NCBI GenBank assembly: GCA_046498225.1
Contig: JAWOBF010000073.1
Location: 1 to 10,122 of the forward strand
Direction of reading: 5' to 3'
DNA: 10,122 bases
Source of the DNA: Candidatus Aegiribacteria sp.
GTDB lineage: Bacteria; Fermentibacterota; Fermentibacteria; Fermentibacterales; JCC-6
Shown: piece by piece, positions 1 to 5,193 of the stretch
Position numbering within the stretch: the first letter of the stretch is position 1
How the letters are laid out: each line of letters starts with the position of its first letter
Translations under genes and position numbers: made by a program
The notes under the pieces: generated by a model
What the model saw: only the letters and a program-made list of their open reading frames with translations
The model's database searches: none
What the model was told of the DNA's origin: nothing

Positions 1-1
1 C

Positions 2-157
2 CCCGATATGCTCAGCCAGGAATTTCTCCATGGCAGCCACAAAGGCCTCTCGGGAAGCAGGACCGGGAGCATTCGAAAGGCCAGCCAGGGCGTGTTCCAG
101 ATACTGCCCAGGGACAGTGCGCCGGGTGTCATGGAGAGAGTAGCGGGGGAACTGGTG
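2..157 (-). CDS. Possible internal fragment of an unrelated gene on the minus strand (partial, runs off the left edge)
   Basis: The codon-aligned antisense frame reads HQFPRYSLHDTRRTVPGQYLEHALAGLSNAPGPASREAFVAAMEKFLAEHIG, which is protein-like with amphipathic helices. The + frame over the same bases is S/G/H/Q/R-rich, as expected for an antisense read. No credible start codon and no family recognised. Confidence 0.3.
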
Positions 158-3100
158 AGAAGGGCCAACGGGCTTCTGGACACCGAGGACGTGAACAGCG
201 ACGGCATACTGGCCGACGGTGAGGACACCGGCCTGGACAACCTGTTCAGTTCCGAGGAGCCGGGGTTCAACTCCGGAACCAATCCCGACCCCAACCGGGA
301 CGACTACCATTACGACGGCGGAGACCCTCCATCCACAAGGTACGACCGTGTGAACGGTACCGAGGGCAACAACCAGCTTGACACCGAGGACCTGAACAGG
401 AACGGAATGCTGGACAGGTCCAACTCCTTCTTCAGGATACGGATACCGGTGGACGATCCCGATTACATCATCTCCGGCCCCAACGAGAACGGCTGGATGC
501 TGATAGAAGTGCCCCTGGACGATACCACGGTGGTTTCAGTCCCGGGGCTCGTGGACTACAGCCCCACCTGGGAGAAGGTAAGCTACGCCAGGCTCTGGGT
601 GGACGGCTTCGCCACGGCGGACACCGTTCAGATCTGGGACATGGAAGTAGTGGGCAACAGGTGGGAGGAGAGGGGGGTGCGACTCGCGGACAGCATCGGG
701 ACACCGGTCCTCTCCTCGGAGCAGTTCTACGTATCCACCGTGAACAACAAGGACAATCCCGACTACGCCGCCAATCCTCCCCCCGGGGTGGACCCCGGGG
801 AGGACGAGTACGGTGAGCCGAGGCTGGAGCAGTCGGTCTCGCTCAGGGCGGAGAACATACAGGGAGGCCATTACGGCCTGGCGACACAGAGCTATTACAG
901 CGACGAGGACTACACCGGCTACAGGCAGATAAGGTTCCTGGTCCACGGGGAGGAGGACCTGGACGCCCAGCTGGTCTACAGGCTCGGGTCGGACAGCCTG
1001 AACTACTACGAGGTCTTCACCGACGTCCGGCAGGGCTGGCAGGATATAGAAGTGGATATACAGGACCTGGTGGACCTCAAGATACAGAAGAACGAATCCT
1101 CTCTCGACTATCTGCAGCAGGGCAACCTCGCGGTGAGGGGAAATCCCAATTTCGCTTCCATTATGCAGATGAGCCTCGCCCTTCGGAACTATTCACCCAC
1201 GCCCCTCAACACCACCGTATGGGTGGACGACATAACACTTCATCAGCCCTGGGCCAGCACCGGAACAGCCCACAGGCTCTCCGCCGGACTGGATATTGCC
1301 GACCTTCTCTCCCTGTCCGGTGACTACCGCGAGATAGACTCGGAATTCCACGGCCTCGGAAGCAGGGCCGGCCAGGGCAAGACAACCATAAGGTACAGCG
1401 CTTCCGGAACGATGTATCTCAACCGCTTCACCCCTCCGGTCTGGTCGCTGTACGCGCCTGCCAACTACTCCTGGTCGCTGGACATATCCAAGCCTGTCTT
1501 CCAGTCCGGCTCGGACTACCGGCTGGACGACCGGGAATCATGGGACGAGAGGACCCAGAACCGAAGCTGGAGCACAGGCTTTCAGCTGAGGAAGAACAGC
1601 TCCGCCGACAGGTGGCCCGCCAGGTATTTCATCGATCCCTTCCGGCTGACCCACACCTATTCCAGGAGCTACGGCATGAGCCCGGTAAACAGGGATACGT
1701 CCAGCACCGCGGACGGCAGCATTTCCTACAACCTGAACCTGGGCAGGATGCAGCTGTTCCGGCTGCCGGTGGCGGAGTTCCTGAGGCTGAGGCCTACCAG
1801 CATCGGCTGGTCGCTGGGAAGGAAGAACAGCTGGGACACCAGGTGGAGTTTCGTGGGTGAGGATACGGTTCAGACCAGGGCCACCACGCTGAGTACGTTT
1901 TCCCCCAGCGGCTCCATCGCTTTCAATCCATGGAAGGGGCTCAACGCCTCCGGCTCCATGGGCCTGGTCCGCGATCTGCTCCATCCCTGGGAGGGGGGTC
2001 TCAGCGTAAACGTCGGAAGGGAGATATCACGGAACCAGAGCGTTAGCGTGTCCCAGGAAGTGAACCTCCTGGACTACCTGAAGCCCAGGTTCTCCTTCGA
2101 CTCCCACTACAGCCAGTCCAGGCTTGCTCCCCATACCGGCTCCGGGGCCGATTCGCTGGGCTTGCCGAGGTATTCGGTATCCGTCACCAGAAGGCTCAAC
2201 CTCAGAGTGGGGCTGGTGCACACCATCAGGAGCCTGGCCAGGCTCCGGGACGAGAGGCTGGACGAGGAGGCGGAACCGGGAAGCCCCAGATGGTTCCTGA
2301 TGAAGATGGAACGATGGGCCAACATGATAAATGACCCCAGCATCACATACACGGAGACGGAGGGGAGCGAGTACAGGGACATGGACTCCCTGCCGGACTG
2401 GAATTACAGGCTGGGATTCGATCCCACGCTGGAAAATGCCGTCCCCTGGGGAAGGAACAAGGGCTGGAACTTCTCGGCCTCCGGAGGGTTCAGGCCGGTT
2501 ACCTCCATGGCCGTGAACCTGGAGTACAGGTCATCGGAGAACAGGAACCTCTACTCGGGGTTCTGGAACAGCACCAGGGGGAAGACCTGGCCCTCCGTAT
2601 CGTTCTCATGGTCCGGCCTGAACAGGCTGCCCGGCCTGAGCGAACTGATAAGGACCGGCAACGCGAACTCCGGCTACTCGGTGGAGACCAGCGAGAGCGG
2701 CAGGTACGAGGACGACGAATACACTCCCACCAGCAGGACCAGGAAGAACAGCTGGACCCCTCTGTTCAACATCAACGTCACCCTCAACAACGATGTGCAG
2801 CTGACACTCAGCGACAATCTCAGCAAGACCGAGGTGCAGAACTACACCGGAACCCAGGCCAGGACGGAAAGCAGCAGCAGCAGCCTTCAGTTCAGGGTCC
2901 AGTACGCCTTCAGCGCGCCGGGCGGCATCGCAATCCCGCTGCCTCTGCTGGACAGGCTCAGGATAAGTTTCCGAAGCGACCTCACTACCAGCCTGAATAT
3001 CAGCAGGTCCAGAACGGTGAGCGAACTCTTCGCCACCGGAGCCAGCCCCCAGGTCCAGTCCGACAGGGAGGAATGGAGAATAGAGCCCGCCGTCAACTAC

Positions 3101-3220
3101 GATTTCGGGACGGTTACTGCAGGTCTGACAGGAATATACGGCTGGAAGACGGACAGAGTTAATTCCCAGTTCGACCAGAGGGACGTGGGATTGAACATCT
3201 GGGTGACCATCAACTTCTGA
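8..3220 (+). CDS. sprA: SprA/Sov-family large outer-membrane beta-barrel (T9SS translocon-like cell surface protein SprA), C-terminal portion only; 5'-incomplete
   Basis: SprA-type motifs occur in the expected order: NGLLDTEDVNSDG, NGTEGNNQLDTEDLNRNGMLD, GW..IEVPL, VSTVNNKDNPDY..PPPGV, EQSVSL, Y..IRFLVHG, RLGSDSLNYYE, VRGNPNF, VWVDDITL, LDIADLLSLS..D.EFHG. They are followed by ~600 aa of Ser/Thr/aromatic alternating beta-strand sequence ending in a BAM-type beta-signal (GLNIWVTINF-stop). There is no signal peptide, and the ORF is about half the usual SprA length (>2000 aa). The frame is open from position 2, but SprA-like sequence is only recognisable from ~155. Confidence 0.8.
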   Translation: MLSQEFLHGSHKGLSGSRTGSIRKASQGVFQILPRDSAPGVMERVAGELVRRANGLLDTEDVNSDGILADGEDTGLDNLFSSEEPGFNSGTNPDPNRDDYHYDGGDPPSTRYDRVNGTEGNNQLDTEDLNRNGMLDRSNSFFRIRIPVDDPDYIISGPNENGWMLIEVPLDDTTVVSVPGLVDYSPTWEKVSYARLWVDGFATADTVQIWDMEVVGNRWEERGVRLADSIGTPVLSSEQFYVSTVNNKDNPDYAANPPPGVDPGEDEYGEPRLEQSVSLRAENIQGGHYGLATQSYYSDEDYTGYRQIRFLVHGEEDLDAQLVYRLGSDSLNYYEVFTDVRQGWQDIEVDIQDLVDLKIQKNESSLDYLQQGNLAVRGNPNFASIMQMSLALRNYSPTPLNTTVWVDDITLHQPWASTGTAHRLSAGLDIADLLSLSGDYREIDSEFHGLGSRAGQGKTTIRYSASGTMYLNRFTPPVWSLYAPANYSWSLDISKPVFQSGSDYRLDDRESWDERTQNRSWSTGFQLRKNSSADRWPARYFIDPFRLTHTYSRSYGMSPVNRDTSSTADGSISYNLNLGRMQLFRLPVAEFLRLRPTSIGWSLGRKNSWDTRWSFVGEDTVQTRATTLSTFSPSGSIAFNPWKGLNASGSMGLVRDLLHPWEGGLSVNVGREISRNQSVSVSQEVNLLDYLKPRFSFDSHYSQSRLAPHTGSGADSLGLPRYSVSVTRRLNLRVGLVHTIRSLARLRDERLDEEAEPGSPRWFLMKMERWANMINDPSITYTETEGSEYRDMDSLPDWNYRLGFDPTLENAVPWGRNKGWNFSASGGFRPVTSMAVNLEYRSSENRNLYSGFWNSTRGKTWPSVSFSWSGLNRLPGLSELIRTGNANSGYSVETSESGRYEDDEYTPTSRTRKNSWTPLFNINVTLNNDVQLTLSDNLSKTEVQNYTGTQARTESSSSSLQFRVQYAFSAPGGIAIPLPLLDRLRISFRSDLTTSLNISRSRTVSELFATGASPQVQSDREEWRIEPAVNYDFGTVTAGLTGIYGWKTDRVNSQFDQRDVGLNIWVTINF

Positions 3221-3222
3221 CA

Positions 3223-3234
3223 TTCCGGCCGGAA
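3223..3234. other. Perfect 12-bp palindrome TTCCGGCCGGAA just after the sprA stop
   Basis: Self-complementary sequence 2 nt after the TGA. It forms only a 4-bp stem as RNA and has no U-tract, so its function is uncertain. Confidence 0.3.
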
Positions 3235-3317
3235 GGACATCTGGTCAATCGAGTTCTTTATATATATGCTCACAACTGATGCTGAAAAGCAGGCATTCGC
3301 CGAAGACCGAACCCGTT

Positions 3318-3357
3318 TTGACATATTGTTTATAATCAGGTAATAGTAGTATATAAT
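3318..3357 (+). promoter_or_regulatory. Putative sigma70-type promoter region of the pil operon
   Basis: AT-rich island in a GC-rich background, with TTGACA (3318-3323) and two TATAAT hexamers (3331-3336, 3352-3357). The best-spaced pair is TTTATA (3329-3334)-N17-TATAAT (3352-3357), ending 37 nt before the pilB-1 ATG. Confidence 0.6.
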
Positions 3358-3385
3358 AATTCTCACTTACTCAGGGGCTGATTTT

Positions 3386-3390
3386 GGAGG
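3386..3390 (+). promoter_or_regulatory. Shine-Dalgarno site of pilB-1
   Basis: GGAGG lies 4 nt before the ATG at 3395 but only 1 nt before the TTG at 3392, favouring 3395 as the start. Confidence 0.65.
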
Positions 3391-3394
3391 CTTG

Positions 3395-5182
3395 ATGAAC
3401 ATAAAGATCGGTCAGCTTCTTCTGAATTCCGGTCTGATAAACAGCAGACAGCTGGACGAAGCGCTGGAGAAGCAGAAAGAGGAGGGGAACAAGCTTGGTT
3501 TCCACCTGGTGAACCAGCAGGCCATATCGGAGGATGATCTCAACAAGTTCCTGGCCAGCCAGCAGAGCGTTGAAGAGATAAACCTGGAGAAACATGATAT
3601 CGAAGAGGATATAGTTCACCTCATCACCGCCGATATCGCCAGAAGGTACGAGGTCCTCCCCGTGAAGAGGGAAGGCAGGAAGCTCATCGTCGCCATGACA
3701 GACCCCAACAACCTCTTCGCCATAGACGACCTCCGGTTCTCCCTGGGAATGGACATCGAGCCCAGGATCTGCGCCTCCAGCATGCTGAAACGGGCGCTGA
3801 GCAAATACTACCCCGATTCCGAGGCCCTGGTCACGGTGGAGGAGAGCCAGAGGAAGAGGACCGCCGGCGACAACACCTCCCTCGCGGACATAGAAGAGGA
3901 CGAAATCGTCGAAGATGATGAAATGCTTATAGGTGACGAGGTCTTCGAGTCCATGATAGTCCAGGAGGACGAAGAGGATGAGCTGGAGGAGGAGGACCTC
4001 AACTTCGAGGTTGCCGATTCCCCGGTGGTCAAGCTGGTCAACAGCCTCATCGCCGACGCGGTCAGGAGGGGCGCCAGCGACATACACTTCGAACCCTTCG
4101 AGAAGTACGTGAGGGTGCGGTTCAGGATAGACGGCGTCCTGCACGAAGTGATGCGGCCCAGCAGGAAGTACAGGTCCGCCATGGTCAGCCGCCTGAAAAT
4201 ACTGGGGGGTATGGATATCGCCGACCACAACCTGCCCCAGGACGGAAGGCAGAAGATACTGGTGGGCGACAGGTTCGTGGACCTGAGGCTGGCAACGCTG
4301 CCCACCCTGTTCGGGGAGAAGGTGGAGGTCAGGCTTCTGGACCGTTCGGCGGTCATTCTGGACCTGGAGAAACTGGGCTTCGAGGAGGAATCCCTGAAGG
4401 TCTTCAGAAAAGGCATCAAGAGGCCCTTCGGAATCGTTCTGGTCACAGGCCCCACCGGCTGCGGAAAGACCACCACCCTCTACTCCGCCCTCACCGAACT
4501 GAACGACATCGGGGTGAACATTATGACCGCCGAGAACCCGGTGGAGTTCAACCTCAAGGGCATCAACCAGGTGCAGATGAACGACGACGTGGGTCTCACC
4601 TTCGCCAACGCCCTCAGGGCCTACCTGAGGCAGGACCCGGACATAATCATGGTGGGGGAGATAAGGGACAAGGAGACCAGCGAGATAGCCATAAGGGCCG
4701 CTCTCACCGGCCACCTGGTGCTGTCCACCACCCATACGAACGACGCCCCCAGCACCATAAACAGGCTTATAGACATAGGCACCGAACCCTTCATGCTCAG
4801 CACCTCCATAGTATGCATAGCCTCACAGAGGCTGATAAGGAAGATATGCTCCAAGTGCAAGACGCCGGTGAGCATACCCGACGACGCCTTCGTGGACGCA
4901 GGCATTGACCCCGCCCGTTTCAAAGGGGTGGAGATATATACAGGCACCGGCTGCTCGTTCTGCAACAACACCGGATACAAGGGCAGGGTGGGCATCTTCG
5001 AGGTGATGCAGATAGACGATGACATAAGGCAGCTGATAGAGAGCGACGCCAACAGCATAGAGATAGAGAAAACTGCCCTGGAGAAGGGCATGGTCAACCT
5101 GAGGGAAGCCGCTCTGAGGAAGCTCGAGGCGGGTCTCACCTCTTTCGACGAGGTCCTTCGGGAGACCATAGCCAACGAATAG
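3395..5182 (+). CDS. pilB: Type IV pilus extension ATPase PilB (GspE/PulE family), paralog 1
   Basis: N-terminal MshEN-like tandem motif, ASDIHFEP, RFRIDGVL, PQDGR, Walker A GPTGCGKTT, Asp box TAENPVE, Walker B LRQDPDIIMVGEIRD, His box TGHLVLSTTHTND, tetracysteine Zn site CSKC...CSFC, GYKGRVGIFE. It sits in an operon with pilT and pilC. Confidence 0.93.
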   Translation: MNIKIGQLLLNSGLINSRQLDEALEKQKEEGNKLGFHLVNQQAISEDDLNKFLASQQSVEEINLEKHDIEEDIVHLITADIARRYEVLPVKREGRKLIVAMTDPNNLFAIDDLRFSLGMDIEPRICASSMLKRALSKYYPDSEALVTVEESQRKRTAGDNTSLADIEEDEIVEDDEMLIGDEVFESMIVQEDEEDELEEEDLNFEVADSPVVKLVNSLIADAVRRGASDIHFEPFEKYVRVRFRIDGVLHEVMRPSRKYRSAMVSRLKILGGMDIADHNLPQDGRQKILVGDRFVDLRLATLPTLFGEKVEVRLLDRSAVILDLEKLGFEEESLKVFRKGIKRPFGIVLVTGPTGCGKTTTLYSALTELNDIGVNIMTAENPVEFNLKGINQVQMNDDVGLTFANALRAYLRQDPDIIMVGEIRDKETSEIAIRAALTGHLVLSTTHTNDAPSTINRLIDIGTEPFMLSTSIVCIASQRLIRKICSKCKTPVSIPDDAFVDAGIDPARFKGVEIYTGTGCSFCNNTGYKGRVGIFEVMQIDDDIRQLIESDANSIEIEKTALEKGMVNLREAALRKLEAGLTSFDEVLRETIANE

Positions 5183-5193
5183 CGGAGGAAGAC

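Noticed and set aside
2..60. Assigning the minus-strand fragment to an S9 peptidase C-terminus because of AFVAAMEKFLAEHIG
   Set aside because: The resemblance is limited to one helix, and the expected catalytic GHG motif just upstream is absent.
2870..2884. (AGC)5 microsatellite in sprA as a phase-variation tract
   Set aside because: It is an in-frame trinucleotide encoding a short Ser run in a Ser-rich barrel, so slippage would not shift the frame.
3259..3267. TATATATAT dinucleotide run in the spacer
   Set aside because: Too short to be a contingency repeat, and not between the candidate promoter hexamers.
3221..3270. Rho-independent terminator after sprA
   Set aside because: The palindrome gives only a 4-bp stem and no U-run follows it.
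3278..3315. c-di-GMP riboswitch or other structured RNA (TGCT-GAAA-AGCA tetraloop hairpin, TTCG..CGAA)
   Set aside because: The stems are only 4 bp, the GEMM consensus elements are not seen, and it lies upstream of the likely promoter. An Rfam/Infernal scan would settle it.
3392..3394. TTG start for pilB-1 as given in the ORF track
   Set aside because: It is only 1 nt from the GGAGG. The in-frame ATG at 3395 has more plausible spacing.
3221..3394. Sigma54 (-24/-12) promoter, expected somewhere for a PilS/PilR system
   Set aside because: No convincing TGGCAC-N5-TTGC-like match in this spacer. PilR normally acts at pilA, which is outside the window.
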